From positions 1 through 54,410 of IMG/VR virus record IMGVR_UViG_3300044739_000092: a DNA stretch of 54,410 nucleotides, one strand, 5' to 3'. The first letter of the stretch is position 1. Every line of letters begins with the position of its first letter. This DNA is from a virus. Taxonomy: Duplodnaviria > Caudoviricetes. Both the position numbers and the translations under genes were made by a program. Positions 1 to 9,543 of this stretch are shown piece by piece. The notes beneath the pieces are model-generated. The model saw only the letters and a program-made list of their open reading frames with translations, had not been told where the DNA came from and did no database searches.

Positions 1-696
1 GTGAACACCGTCCGCCAGCATGCCCGCCGAGTCCGGGACCGGTCCGCCCTCCGCGCGGACCGGTCCCGGCGGGACCTCCAGGCGATGCAGGTCCTCGCAC
101 CGCTGTCCACCGCGTACCTGCCGTGGAGCGCGTCCGCGCTCCGTCCGAGCGCGATCGTGGGCATCCTGAACGAGATCGTGATCCGGCGCCGGCGCCGTGT
201 CGTGGAGCTCGGCGGCGGCGTGTCGACGCTCTACCTCGGCCGGTTGCTGGGCCGCCACGGCGGCCGGCTCCACACGGTGGAGCACGACGCGGACTGGGCC
301 GCGCTGCTCGACGACCAGCTCTGCGCGGAGGGGCTCCGCGAGGTCGTGACCGTCGTGCTGGCCCCGCTCGCCCCCACCCCGGGCGGCTGGCCCGGCGCCC
401 CGCCCGAGTGGTACTCGGAGGCCGAGCTCGACTGCGTGCGCTCCGGCGGGCCGATCGAGCTGCTGCTGGTCGACGGTCCACCGGCGTGGCGGCGGGAGCT
501 GCGGCACTCCCGCTATCCCGCGGCCCGGTTCTTCCGGGACTCGCTGGCACCCGGCGCGACGGTGGTGCTCGACGACATCGACCGCCGCGGCGAGCGGGAC
601 ATCCTGGCGCGGTGGGAGGACGAGCTCGGCATCACGTTCGAGCGCCGCTTCGCCGACGGGTCCATCGCCGTCGGCCGCATGCCGGGCCGCCCCTAG
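1..696 (+). CDS. Class I SAM-dependent methyltransferase (host gene)
   Basis: Motif I VVELGGGVST, acidic TVEHD, LLLVDGPP and VVLDD, typical of the Methyltransf_24-like family. Confidence 0.8.
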   Translation: MNTVRQHARRVRDRSALRADRSRRDLQAMQVLAPLSTAYLPWSASALRPSAIVGILNEIVIRRRRRVVELGGGVSTLYLGRLLGRHGGRLHTVEHDADWAALLDDQLCAEGLREVVTVVLAPLAPTPGGWPGAPPEWYSEAELDCVRSGGPIELLLVDGPPAWRRELRHSRYPAARFFRDSLAPGATVVLDDIDRRGERDILARWEDELGITFERRFADGSIAVGRMPGRP

Positions 697-706
697 ACTC
701 GACCGG

Positions 707-1222
707 ATGCGAGTCGCCACCTGGAACGTGAACTCCGTCGGTGCCCGTCTTCCCCGGCTCCTCGACTGGCTGCGGGACGCGGTACCCGACGTCGTGTGCC
801 TGCAGGAGATCAAGTGCACGGCCGACGCGTTCCCGTACGAGGAGGTCCGCGACCTCGGCTACGAGACCGCCGCGCACGGCGACGGCCGCTGGAACGGGGT
901 GGCGATCCTGTCCCGGGTGGGGCTGGCCGAGGTCGCGGCGGGGCTGCCGGGCGACCCCGGCTACCCCACCCCCGAGACGCGGGAGGCCCGGGCCGTCGCG
1001 GCGACCTGCGGGCCGCTGCGGGTGTGGTCGGTGTACGTGCCGAACGGCCGGGAGCCCGGCCACGACCACTACGCGTACAAGCTCCGCTGGCTCGGCGCGC
1101 TCCGCGACGCGGTGGCCGGCGACGCCGCCGCGGACCGGCCCTTCGCGGTGCTCGGTGACTACAACGTGGCCCCCACCGACGACGACGTGTGGGACCCCGC
1201 CGCCTTCGTCGCCGCGCGCTAA
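707..1222 (+). pseudogene. xthA: Exodeoxyribonuclease III (xth), 5' part only, truncated by prophage insertion
   Basis: MRVATWNVNS, VCLQEIK, WNGVAILSR, SVYVPNG, GDYNVAP; stops at 171 aa after DVWDPAAF, lacking the C-terminal RID and SDH catalytic motifs; its stop overlaps the integrase stop. Confidence 0.9.
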
Positions 1223-1235
1223 CCCACAGGCCACG
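1190..1235. other. Putative attL (host/prophage junction)
   Basis: ExoIII similarity ends near GCCTTCGTCG (~1210), immediately followed by the 3' end of the integrase; exact crossover needs attR. Confidence 0.65.
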
Positions 1236-2676
1236 TCGGCACAACCACCACCGACAACTCCACGGCCGCCGTCACCTCGACCCGGGCGATCACCGCCGCC
1301 AACAACGCCCGCCGATCCACCGCCGGAATCGTCTCCCACTCAGCCAACAAGCCCCCGTACACCGCGAAATCCAGGGCCGGCGCCGACTCCCGCATCTCCA
1401 CCTGCTCAAGCCTCGCGGCAACGAGGGACCTCGTCGCCACCAGCTCGTCTCTGGCGTCCCGGAACGCCTGCTCCGGGATCTCCCTCATCGCCCGGTCGAC
1501 CGCCAACTGGGCCAGCGCCTTGTCCAATTTCACGATGTCCCGCGCCAGGTGGCGGCCCTCATGTTCGGCGGTGACCTGCCGCACCACCGCGGCTTCCTTC
1601 GCAGCGGCCGCCGCATCGACGTCATCCACCAGCTCCCGCAGCCACCGCAGCACAGCCCGCTCCACCTTCGGTAGAGACGGAAGCCGGTTCCCGCACCCCG
1701 ACACGCCCTCCCGGCGGCGCCTCTCACAGCGGTACGACACCCCGCGGGCATGCGAGTTCGGATACATCGGCGCCCCGCACAGCCCGCAGAACACCAGCCC
1801 CGACAGCGAATACCGGGACCCCTTCGTCCGCGACGGCTGCCGACGCACCACACCCCGCCGAAACCGGTACGCCTGCCACTCCCCCACCGTGATCACCGGC
1901 TCTTGCGCACCAGGAACCCACCGGTGCTCCGCCAGGATGTGCAGCAGCCCGGCGCCGAACCCGGCGTCCATCATCCGCAGCAGATGACCCGACTTGAACC
2001 GGTTCCCCGCCGTCGACACATGCCCCTGCACGTCCAGCCACCGGGTCAACGCCCCCGCAGACTCCCCGGCGATGTACCGCCGGTACAGGTCGGCGAGCAC
2101 CGGACCCGTCTTCTCATCCGGCCGGTACCCGGCGCCCCGCTCATACGTGTAGCCCCACCGCGGCAGGCCGTCCGTGGGCAGCCCCATGGCGAGACGACGC
2201 GCGTGGGTTTCCTTCCACTGCTCGCCCTTGACCTCCGACTCCCACGCCGCGAGCTCGGCCAGCATCCCCCGCGCCAGCCGGCCCGTGGAGGTCGTGGTGT
2301 CGAGGCCCTCGGTGGCGGACTCGAGTGTCCCGCCGGCGACTTCGATGCGGTCCACGGCGATCGCCCACCTTCGGCGGTGCCGGGCGGCGCGGGAGAACTT
2401 CCACACGAGGACGACGTCGATGGGCCCGTCCTCGACCTTGCTGATGGCGTCGTCGAGTTTGCGCCACCACTTCGACCGGTCTCGTGACGCCGTCTCGTCG
2501 AGGGCTTCGACCCATTCGGTGATGTCGATGCCGCTGCGTGAGGCGTAGTCGGAGATGGCGGTTCGTTGCAGGGTTGGGGAGATGAGGTCTTCCCGGCCGC
2601 GGGCTTTCGACACCCGGACGAGGGCGATACCGCGGCGTGGGGTGTCCGGGACGGGGCGGAGTGGCGGAGCCGCCAC
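1219..2676 (-). CDS. int: Large serine recombinase (integrase)
   Basis: LVRVS catalytic Ser, VWKFSRAAR, recombinase domain (PRWGY), zinc ribbon LSGLVFCGLCG...YRC...C, coiled coil. Confidence 0.95.
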   Translation of the reverse strand: MAAPPLRPVPDTPRRGIALVRVSKARGREDLISPTLQRTAISDYASRSGIDITEWVEALDETASRDRSKWWRKLDDAISKVEDGPIDVVLVWKFSRAARHRRRWAIAVDRIEVAGGTLESATEGLDTTTSTGRLARGMLAELAAWESEVKGEQWKETHARRLAMGLPTDGLPRWGYTYERGAGYRPDEKTGPVLADLYRRYIAGESAGALTRWLDVQGHVSTAGNRFKSGHLLRMMDAGFGAGLLHILAEHRWVPGAQEPVITVGEWQAYRFRRGVVRRQPSRTKGSRYSLSGLVFCGLCGAPMYPNSHARGVSYRCERRRREGVSGCGNRLPSLPKVERAVLRWLRELVDDVDAAAAAKEAAVVRQVTAEHEGRHLARDIVKLDKALAQLAVDRAMREIPEQAFRDARDELVATRSLVAARLEQVEMRESAPALDFAVYGGLLAEWETIPAVDRRALLAAVIARVEVTAAVELSVVVVPTWPVG

Positions 2677-2679
2677 TAG

Positions 2680-2841
2680 TCAGCCGGCTTCCGGGAGTTC
2701 CACGTTCACGTCGCGGAGCATTTCGGCGAGGTCGGTCTTCACGTCCTCGTCCAGAACGCCGTGCCGGAACAGCAGCCACGTCTCGTCTCGGGTGGTCACT
2801 CGGACCAGGTTTGGGGTGATGTCGGCGGATCTGACGATCAT
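2680..2841 (-). CDS. 53-aa hypothetical protein upstream of int (not in the ORF track)
   Basis: MIVRSADITPNLVRVTTRDETWLLFRHGVLDEDVKTDLAEMLRDVNVELPEAG; GGAGG 8 nt before ATG; stop 3 nt before the int start. Confidence 0.65.
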   Translation of the reverse strand: MIVRSADITPNLVRVTTRDETWLLFRHGVLDEDVKTDLAEMLRDVNVELPEAG

Positions 2842-2945
2842 GTGCTGAGCCTCCCCGGGGGGGTAGGGATGATCAACTCTGGCTGAGCCCCGAGGTTACG
2901 GCCTGTGTGGTGAAGATCACCAGCAATCACCCTAACGGTCCAGCG

Positions 2946-3317
2946 TTACTGACCGTTCGATCCTTTTTGCTCTGATTGTTCCGATTCCATGGCAATCACA
3001 GCTTCTGCCGCGCCTCGGGCGGCGGCCTCGGCTGCACGCCGGGCCTCAGGTGTGAGACGCCGCGGCACGACGATTGTGACGACCAGGTCCTCACGGACGT
3101 CCGGCATCGGGATGTCGAGGGTCACCCGGCCGCCGAGGTCGATCTCGAGAACGTCCTCGAGGGCGGCGATGCGGTTCTGAGGGATGAACTCGCCTCGTTC
3201 CCATCCCCCGATGGTCCGCAGGCTCTTGATGCCCACGGCCTCCGCTAGTTGGGCTTGCGTCCAGTGCCGTCGTTCGCGTCCAGCGCGGATCCGACGGCCG
3301 ATCTCCCCGGCGTCCAT
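2946..3317 (-). CDS. Immunity repressor, XRE/Cro-CI HTH
   Basis: IGRRIRAGRERRHWTQAQLAEAVGIKSLRTIGGWERG; divergent from the Cro-like gene; start chosen at MDAGEIG. Confidence 0.85.
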   Translation of the reverse strand: MDAGEIGRRIRAGRERRHWTQAQLAEAVGIKSLRTIGGWERGEFIPQNRIAALEDVLEIDLGGRVTLDIPMPDVREDLVVTIVVPRRLTPEARRAAEAAARGAAEAVIAMESEQSEQKGSNGQ

Positions 3318-3332
3318 GCGCACATCGTGACA

Positions 3333-3521
3333 GGCAAGTTTAGGCAAATCCAATACCTGGGCGGCACGCATCTGTCGGATATCTCCCGTCTGTGTCCCCT
3401 CATGCCTACTCTTCCTGGTCTTGACCGATTCCGGCAAGCACCCACCGACGATTGCCTAACTTTGCCGAGAAAGACCCGACAGAGGTATTGACCTACAGCC
3501 GGACTTTGCCTAACTTTGCCG
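3333..3521. promoter_or_regulatory. Genetic switch: three operator-like repeats and divergent promoters
   Basis: TTGCCTAACTTTGCCG at 3452-3467 and 3506-3521; inverted variant GGCAAGTTTAGGCAA at 3333-3347; TTGACC(3488)-17-TAACTT(3511) upstream of the cro ATG. Confidence 0.75.
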
Positions 3522-3522
3522 T

Positions 3523-3765
3523 ATGCCACCCACCACGAGAACCCGAGTCGCCAACGGCGCGGCCATCAAGGGCCTCCGTGAAGCCCTCGGCATGTCGCAG
3601 GGTGAACTCGCCACGGCCGCCGGATGGGAACACCAAGGTCACCTGTCCCGCATCGAAGCCGGCAAGGCGCAGCCCTCACCGCCGAAGCTCGCGCAGCTCG
3701 CGCAGCTCCTCCACGTCGATGTGGAGGCCATCTCCACTCCCGTCGATGAGTCGGTGGCGTCGTGA
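3523..3765 (+). CDS. Cro-like HTH regulator
   Basis: IKGLREALGMSQGELATAAG...HLSRIEAG. Confidence 0.85.
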   Translation: MPPTTRTRVANGAAIKGLREALGMSQGELATAAGWEHQGHLSRIEAGKAQPSPPKLAQLAQLLHVDVEAISTPVDESVAS

Positions 3766-3947
3766 CCCGCGACGAGGCCGTGAACCAGGCGGCGCAGATC
3801 GCTGTCGACGCCTGCGCGCGCCGTGACGCGATGACTCCGCGGGAGGCCGCTGAGGCCGCGTGGTCACCGTGCTGTGGGCGGACGGTCGAGCAGCTGGAGG
3901 AACTGATCCGCGCCGGCCGACTCGGCACCCGTACTCGCACTGCCTGA
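3762..3947 (+). CDS. Hypothetical early protein
   Basis: GTGA overlap with cro. Confidence 0.6.
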   Translation: MTRDEAVNQAAQIAVDACARRDAMTPREAAEAAWSPCCGRTVEQLEELIRAGRLGTRTRTA

Positions 3948-4056
3948 ACAGACCGAGGGCCTGCGCCGCCCCTCCGACAGAGACCGGCGCAGGCCCCAGA
4001 CATGAGGAGCATCGCATGACCGACCAGTCCAGCACCACCGGGCCGCAGGTGCAGTC

Positions 4057-4251
4057 GTGAACGGCCCAGAGCACTACCTCGACGCCGAGCGGGCGATGGG
4101 AGAGGCGAAAGAGCAGCCCGAGGGCAGCGCCGGGGAGAGGTTCTACCTCGACGTCGCTCAGGTGCACGCCACGCTCGCGCTCGCGGTGGCTGTCGCCGAC
4201 GCCAGTGGCCTCACCGGCACGGGCCCGTGGGCCAAGGCGGTGCAGTCGTGA
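4057..4251 (+). CDS. Hypothetical phage protein
   Basis: MNGPEHY..AE...AQVHATLALA pattern common in actinophages; coupled start. Confidence 0.65.
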   Translation: MNGPEHYLDAERAMGEAKEQPEGSAGERFYLDVAQVHATLALAVAVADASGLTGTGPWAKAVQS

Positions 4252-4487
4252 GCGCCGCGGTGGTGAACGTGAACGCCCAGGCCCTGGCACGGGCTGTCGC
4301 AGCAGGTCAGCCGCACGGCCGGCCGTACACGGTGGTCTTTTTTCGGGACCACCGGAAGGTGAATGTGTTGCGTACGACGGCGCGGTCGCGTCGGGACGCG
4401 GTGGAGCACGCGCAGGTGATTGCGAATCATTCGGCGTGGTTCGCGCACATCGAGCTCACGTACTTGGTGTCGGCGGTGGCGTCATGA
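4248..4487 (+). CDS. Hypothetical protein
   Basis: GTGA/ATGA coupling on both sides. Confidence 0.55.
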   Translation: MSAAVVNVNAQALARAVAAGQPHGRPYTVVFFRDHRKVNVLRTTARSRRDAVEHAQVIANHSAWFAHIELTYLVSAVAS

Positions 4488-4801
4488 CCGCCGACCTGAC
4501 CCAGCGCATCGCCGCCGCGATGGACCAAGCACAGAAGGCTGCCGAGCTGGCGAAGTGGCCCTACGGAAAGGACGCCAGGTCGGCACGGTGGGGCGGTGAC
4601 CACGAGTGGTCGCGTGCGCTCAGCACCGACGAGGGCCCGCACATCGCGTTCTGGTCTCCGGACCGTGTGCTGGCCATGATCGCCGCCGACCGGAACCTCC
4701 TCGACTACGCCACAGAGCTTGCCGCCAGCGGTGAGCCGAACGCCGTGGTGATCGCGGGCGGGCTGGTCAAGTACCTCGCCGCCCGGTGGGTGGCGTCATG
4801 A
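4484..4801 (+). CDS. Hypothetical protein, DUF6221-like
   Basis: HIAFWSPDRVLAMIAADRNLL resembles the DUF6221 core; coupled. Confidence 0.55.
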   Translation: MTADLTQRIAAAMDQAQKAAELAKWPYGKDARSARWGGDHEWSRALSTDEGPHIAFWSPDRVLAMIAADRNLLDYATELAASGEPNAVVIAGGLVKYLAARWVAS

Positions 4802-5148
4802 ACGCCTTCCAGCCCGGCGACAAGGTGCTCGTGGAGGCCGAGCTCGTGACGGCCGGCAGCGACCGGGCCGTCGTGCGCTTCTGGGTAGGCGACGCCAGCC
4901 CCACCAGGATCAGCGTCCCCCTCGCCACCGTCCACCCCGCGCCTGAGCCGCTGTACGTGGACCCGGAGTTGGTGCCCGGAATGGTCGTCGCGCCGCTCGA
5001 CGCGAACGACGACCGCGAGTGGTGGGTGGCGGCAGCCCCCTACGTCGGCGCGGACTGCTGGTTCATCGAGCGCTCCGGTTCCTGCGTCCGGCGTACCGGG
5101 CTTCCCGACGAGATCCGCGTCGTGCGCCCCCGCGAGGCGACGTCGTGA
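4798..5148 (+). CDS. Hypothetical protein
   Basis: Coupled ORF. Confidence 0.6.
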   Translation: MNAFQPGDKVLVEAELVTAGSDRAVVRFWVGDASPTRISVPLATVHPAPEPLYVDPELVPGMVVAPLDANDDREWWVAAAPYVGADCWFIERSGSCVRRTGLPDEIRVVRPREATS

Positions 5149-5305
5149 CGGCCGCTCCGTCTCGGGACCGGGTTGCGTCCGGCCCCGAGACACACCAACC
5201 CCGACACGCCATCGAAACGGACATCACCCTCATCGGCCGGCAGCTCCGCCCGACCGGCCGCCGCTTCTGGTTCTACGCCACCACCAAGCCCCGGAGGGAC
5301 GACCG

Positions 5306-5533
5306 ATGAGCACACGGAACACGTGGCGACTGCGCTGGTCGCCCGACGGGTCGATCGAGACGATGCCCAGCTTCAAGCGCGCCTACGAGGTCGTCGCCGA
5401 AGAAAGGGAGCGGGCCGAGGAGGGGCACAGCAGTGCCGCTGTGGCCGTCGTCGTTGAACTCGACACTGGCGACGGCCACGGCTTCCAGCCGTACGAGCGC
5501 ATCACGTTCAAGCCTGCGGGCGGTGCGTCGTGA
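5306..5533 (+). CDS. Hypothetical protein
   Basis: GGAGG RBS; coupled. Confidence 0.6.
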   Translation: MSTRNTWRLRWSPDGSIETMPSFKRAYEVVAEERERAEEGHSSAAVAVVVELDTGDGHGFQPYERITFKPAGGAS

Positions 5534-5835
5534 GCACTGTGGATGTTCTGCGGCAGGTGTGCGGGCTCATCGAGTACCGCTCCCTCCCCTCGCCCCGCAT
5601 CGTCTCCGTCACCCTCGCCACCACGTCCGACGTGGCGGACTTCGTGGCCCTGCACCTCACCGAGCACGGCGACGTGTGGCGGTGGGCCAACGAGTTCCAC
5701 GCCAACCCGCACCTCAGTGTCGCGAACGGTGTCCGGTTGTGGTCCGTGGACGTTGTCCACGACGGGCTGCACATTCGGGTCGCCTCGTACGAGCACCACG
5801 CGGCCGATGTCGAGCCCACCGCGGCGGTGGCCTGA
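5530..5835 (+). CDS. Hypothetical protein
   Basis: Coupled ORF. Confidence 0.55.
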   Translation: MSTVDVLRQVCGLIEYRSLPSPRIVSVTLATTSDVADFVALHLTEHGDVWRWANEFHANPHLSVANGVRLWSVDVVHDGLHIRVASYEHHAADVEPTAAVA

Positions 5836-6278
5836 TGAGCGCCGAGACGCCCGGCACCGTAGTCCGTTACGACAGCGAGCGGCTGGATGGCTGGTGCCGC
5901 GAAGGCATGGCTGTCGCTGACGCGCAGGGCACGTTCGTCGACACGTACTGGAGCGTCGGTGTCGGCGACGACCACGTCCTCACCGCGAGCGAGGCAGCAA
6001 CCGCCCAGACCTTGTTCCACCTCGCGGCCTACCGCGAACTGCTGGACGCGGAGCGCCACTCGTGGCACAGCTACCACCCGGACGACCGGCAGGTCATCAC
6101 TTCCCAGCACGGCCTGGTGGTCCGGTACTTCGTTCGCATCGGCGCCGCGCCTGACCACGGCACGCGCGTCGAGAACGCCCGTGAAGCCGTCCTTGAAGCA
6201 GCGGAACAGGTCGAAAGCGCCCAGCGGGCACTGACCTACCGCCGCGAGGAACTGGCGCGGCTTGAGGCGACCTCGTGA
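5835..6278 (+). CDS. Hypothetical phage protein
   Basis: TGATG coupling; starts MSAETPGT; C-terminal coiled coil. Confidence 0.6.
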   Translation: MSAETPGTVVRYDSERLDGWCREGMAVADAQGTFVDTYWSVGVGDDHVLTASEAATAQTLFHLAAYRELLDAERHSWHSYHPDDRQVITSQHGLVVRYFVRIGAAPDHGTRVENAREAVLEAAEQVESAQRALTYRREELARLEATS

Positions 6279-6592
6279 CTGCCGCGCCCATGGTGCCCCA
6301 GCGGCGCCGCACCGACACCCCACCCGTACCCCCCGCCGTCCTCCAAGACGCACTCACCGGACTCGCACGCGCCGCCGTCCACCACGACGACTCCGACCTG
6401 CTCACCATCGACGCCATCCTCGCCGTCGCCCTCCCCCACCTCACCCTCACCCAACGACACCTGCTCTTCCACGACGTGAAAGACCAAGTCGCCGCACTCG
6501 ACGACCCCGCCATCGGCACCGAAGACGACCTCGCCCGGGCAGTCGCCCAACACAACCTCGACGCCGCATTCCAGCAAGCAGGGGTGCAGTGA
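6275..6592 (+). CDS. Hypothetical protein
   Basis: Coupled ORF. Confidence 0.55.
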   Translation: MTAAPMVPQRRRTDTPPVPPAVLQDALTGLARAAVHHDDSDLLTIDAILAVALPHLTLTQRHLLFHDVKDQVAALDDPAIGTEDDLARAVAQHNLDAAFQQAGVQ

Positions 6593-7503
6593 TGGCCGTC
6601 TACCTCGGACAGTGGGAACCCGGATCGCCGAAGTGGCATGCCGCACGCGCCGGCCGGGTCGGCGGGTCCGACATCGCCGCCATCCTCGGCTTGTCGCCGT
6701 GGACGTCCCGGTTCTCCCTGTGGCACGAACGGAAAGGGCTGGTCCCGCAGCAGGCGGAGAAGCCGGAGATGACATGGGGCAAGCGCCTCGAACCCGTCAT
6801 CTGCGACGCCTTCCAGGAAGGGCACCCGGAGTTCACGGTGGTCCGAAAGTCCGGCGCCGTGTTCGCTCACCAACTCCGAGACTGGCAGGTCGCCTCACCG
6901 GACGCACTGCTCGCCCGGCACCAGATGCAGATGGGCGAGTCTCCGTCCGGCCTCGAAGTGAAAACAGACCGGTTCGACATCGGCTGGGGACCCACCGGCA
7001 GCGTCGAAATCCCCCTGTACTACAGGTGCCAAGTCCAGTGGTGCATGGACGTGTTCGACCTGCCCGAGTGGCACGTCGCGTTCCTGTGCTCCGGCTCCGA
7101 CTACCGCGAGTACCTGATCAAAGCCGACCCGGCAGACCAGCAGCTGATGCGCGACGCGGCCCGCGGGTTCCTCGACACGCTAGTCCGGGACGAGCGGCCG
7201 TCCATCGACGACCACGACGCCACATACGAGGCCGTCAAGGCACTGCACCCCGACATCGACACCGCCGACTTCCCCGTCCCACCCGAGCTCGCCGAGGAGT
7301 ACTGCACAGCCCGGCACAAGCTCGCCGCAGCCGAGAAGACAGCGAAGCTCGCCACCAGCCGCCTCGCCGACGCCATGGGCAACGCCCGCCGCGCCCTCCT
7401 CGGCGCACAAACAATCGCCACCCGCCAAGCACGCAACGGCGGCACCCCGTATCTCGTGGCAGGCAAGAACCTGCCCGACTTCAACTTGGAGCAGGCGTCA
7501 TGA
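6592..7503 (+). CDS. YqaJ/lambda-exonuclease family recombination nuclease (RecE-like)
   Basis: W..R..RVGGSDIAAILGLSPW, WGKRLEP, ASPDA, LEVKT, YYRCQVQWCM. Confidence 0.92.
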   Translation: MAVYLGQWEPGSPKWHAARAGRVGGSDIAAILGLSPWTSRFSLWHERKGLVPQQAEKPEMTWGKRLEPVICDAFQEGHPEFTVVRKSGAVFAHQLRDWQVASPDALLARHQMQMGESPSGLEVKTDRFDIGWGPTGSVEIPLYYRCQVQWCMDVFDLPEWHVAFLCSGSDYREYLIKADPADQQLMRDAARGFLDTLVRDERPSIDDHDATYEAVKALHPDIDTADFPVPPELAEEYCTARHKLAAAEKTAKLATSRLADAMGNARRALLGAQTIATRQARNGGTPYLVAGKNLPDFNLEQAS

Positions 7504-8399
7504 GCCAGTCCGTCAGCAACGCGGTCGCCACACGAGACAGCGGCCCCGCAGGACTCGTCAAGCAGTACAGCAGCGACTTCTCCAGCCTCCTCCCCTCCCA
7601 CGTCAAGCCCGACACGTGGATCAGACTCGCCGCCGGCGCGCTGAAGAGGGGCAAGCAGATCCAGACCGACCAGGGCCCCCGCTACGAGCTCGAGGTCGCC
7701 GCCGCGAACAACGTCGGCGTGTTCCTCGCCGCGCTCAAGGACGCCGCTCGCCTCGGCCTGGACCCCGGCACCGAGCAGTACTACCTCACACCCCGCAAGG
7801 AGAAGGGGCAGCTGCAGATCCTCGGGATCGTCGGCTACCAGGGCCTCGTCGAGCTGATGTACCGGGCCGGTGCCGTGTCCTCGGTGATCGTCGAGTGCGT
7901 CTACACGCACGACAGGTTCGACTACGTGCTCGGCAAGCACGACCGCCCGATCCACGAGATCAACTGGGACCTGGAGGACCGCGGTCAGCTTCGCCTCGCG
8001 TACGCGTACGCGATCATGCACGGCGGCGCGGTATCGAAGGTTGTCGTCATGAACCGGGCGGCCATCCAGCGGATCAAGGCGTCGTCGCAGGGCGCCACTT
8101 CCGAGCACTCCCCGTGGGTGAAGCACGAGCCGTCGATGTGGATGAAGTCCGCCGCCCGGCAGCTCGCGAAGTGGGTCCCCACCTCCTCGGAGTACATGCG
8201 GGAGCGGCTGAAGGTCGCCGCCGAGGTCGGTCAGGCCGAGTCCCCGGCGCCCGTGCCGGCCGGTCCGCCGATGCCCGGCTCAACCCCAGACGAGGCAGAT
8301 CGGTCGACGGGCGAGATCTTCGACGCCGAGATCGTGGACCCGCCGGCCGATCCGTGGGGCGACGTCAACGTCGCACAGCCGCCGCTGGACGGTGCGTGA
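7500..8399 (+). CDS. recT: RecT ssDNA-annealing protein
   Basis: AARLGLDPG..YYLTP, IVGYQGLVELMYRAG, W..H..MWMKSAARQLAKWVPTS. Confidence 0.92.
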   Translation: MSQSVSNAVATRDSGPAGLVKQYSSDFSSLLPSHVKPDTWIRLAAGALKRGKQIQTDQGPRYELEVAAANNVGVFLAALKDAARLGLDPGTEQYYLTPRKEKGQLQILGIVGYQGLVELMYRAGAVSSVIVECVYTHDRFDYVLGKHDRPIHEINWDLEDRGQLRLAYAYAIMHGGAVSKVVVMNRAAIQRIKASSQGATSEHSPWVKHEPSMWMKSAARQLAKWVPTSSEYMRERLKVAAEVGQAESPAPVPAGPPMPGSTPDEADRSTGEIFDAEIVDPPADPWGDVNVAQPPLDGA

Positions 8400-8986
8400 T
8401 GACCGCCGAGACTCCGGGCACACCAGCAACCACCTGGCCCACCGAGATCACCGCCCGCCGAGCCGCAGTCGCCCTCTGCCGCTTGAACCACGGTAGGCCT
8501 GAGGGTGCCTGCGGCATCTGCTGGACCACGGCGCGCACGGTCCTGGCGAACGTGAACGACGTGGTGGCTGGCCGTGAGGCGGCGGCCCGCGAGGAAGGAC
8601 GCGCCGAGGACCGAAACGAGGTGTACGCCCGAATTGCGGCCCCTATGGCAGAGAGTGATGCCGCGATCGCCCGCCTGCGTGCCGAGGTGGCTGCGGCGCA
8701 GCAGCTCCTCAACATCGCCCTCGACGGCGAGGAGGTCAGCCGCGGCGACCTGGCGTACGACGTGGACACCGTCGTTGACCAGCGCGACGAAGCCCGCCAA
8801 GAGATCGTCCGGCTGGCGCAGAAACGGCTGGAACTGCGCGCCGAGGTGGCGGCGGCCGAACAGCGAGCGACCGATCTTGTCAAGGGGCTCCGTAAGGCCG
8901 TGAAGAACCCTTCGACCGCGTGGGTCGACGCGAACATCATCCGGCTGCTGCTCCGCAACGCCCAGGTCGACGGCGGTGCGTCGTGA
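8399..8986 (+). CDS. Hypothetical coiled-coil protein
   Basis: Coupled ORF with CxxC and heptads. Confidence 0.6.
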   Translation: MTAETPGTPATTWPTEITARRAAVALCRLNHGRPEGACGICWTTARTVLANVNDVVAGREAAAREEGRAEDRNEVYARIAAPMAESDAAIARLRAEVAAAQQLLNIALDGEEVSRGDLAYDVDTVVDQRDEARQEIVRLAQKRLELRAEVAAAEQRATDLVKGLRKAVKNPSTAWVDANIIRLLLRNAQVDGGAS

Positions 8987-9543
8987 CTGCCGCCGCGAAC
9001 CGCTGGCCCACTGTGCTCGGCATCGACCCGAGTCTCACCGCGACCGGCATCAGTGACGGCTGCGCGACGTGGCTGGTCAAGTCCAAGGGAACCGGGGACG
9101 CGACGCTGTTCGACCGGTCCTGGCGGCTCGCTGAGCTTCGCGCCGCGATCACCAACCACATCGCGACCCGCCCACACGTCGACCTGGTCGTCATCGAGCA
9201 GCCCGCGTTCTCCCGGCAGAACGGCCACATGCATGACCGGTCTGGGCTGTGGTGGCTCGTCGTCGACTGGACCGTGTTCCACGGCATCCCCGTCGTCGAG
9301 GTGTCCCCGACCGCGCTCAAGAAGTACGCCACCGGGTCGGGCGCGGCGAAGAAGTCCGCTGTCATCGACGCGACCGCCCGCCGGTTCCCGGAGGTGGACA
9401 CGGGCGGCGGTGACGACAACCGCTGCGATGCCCTGTGGCTGTCCGTCATGGGCATCGACCACCTCGGTGGTGACTCCGTTGTCCCGGCCGCGCAGCGCGC
9501 CGTCCTCGACAAGGTCGCCTGGCCGAAGGCGGTGTCCGCATGA
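8983..9543 (+). CDS. RuvC-like Holliday junction resolvase
   Basis: VLGIDPSLTATG, VVIEQ, PTALKKYATG, DNRCDA. Confidence 0.88.
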   Translation: MTAAANRWPTVLGIDPSLTATGISDGCATWLVKSKGTGDATLFDRSWRLAELRAAITNHIATRPHVDLVVIEQPAFSRQNGHMHDRSGLWWLVVDWTVFHGIPVVEVSPTALKKYATGSGAAKKSAVIDATARRFPEVDTGGGDDNRCDALWLSVMGIDHLGGDSVVPAAQRAVLDKVAWPKAVSA

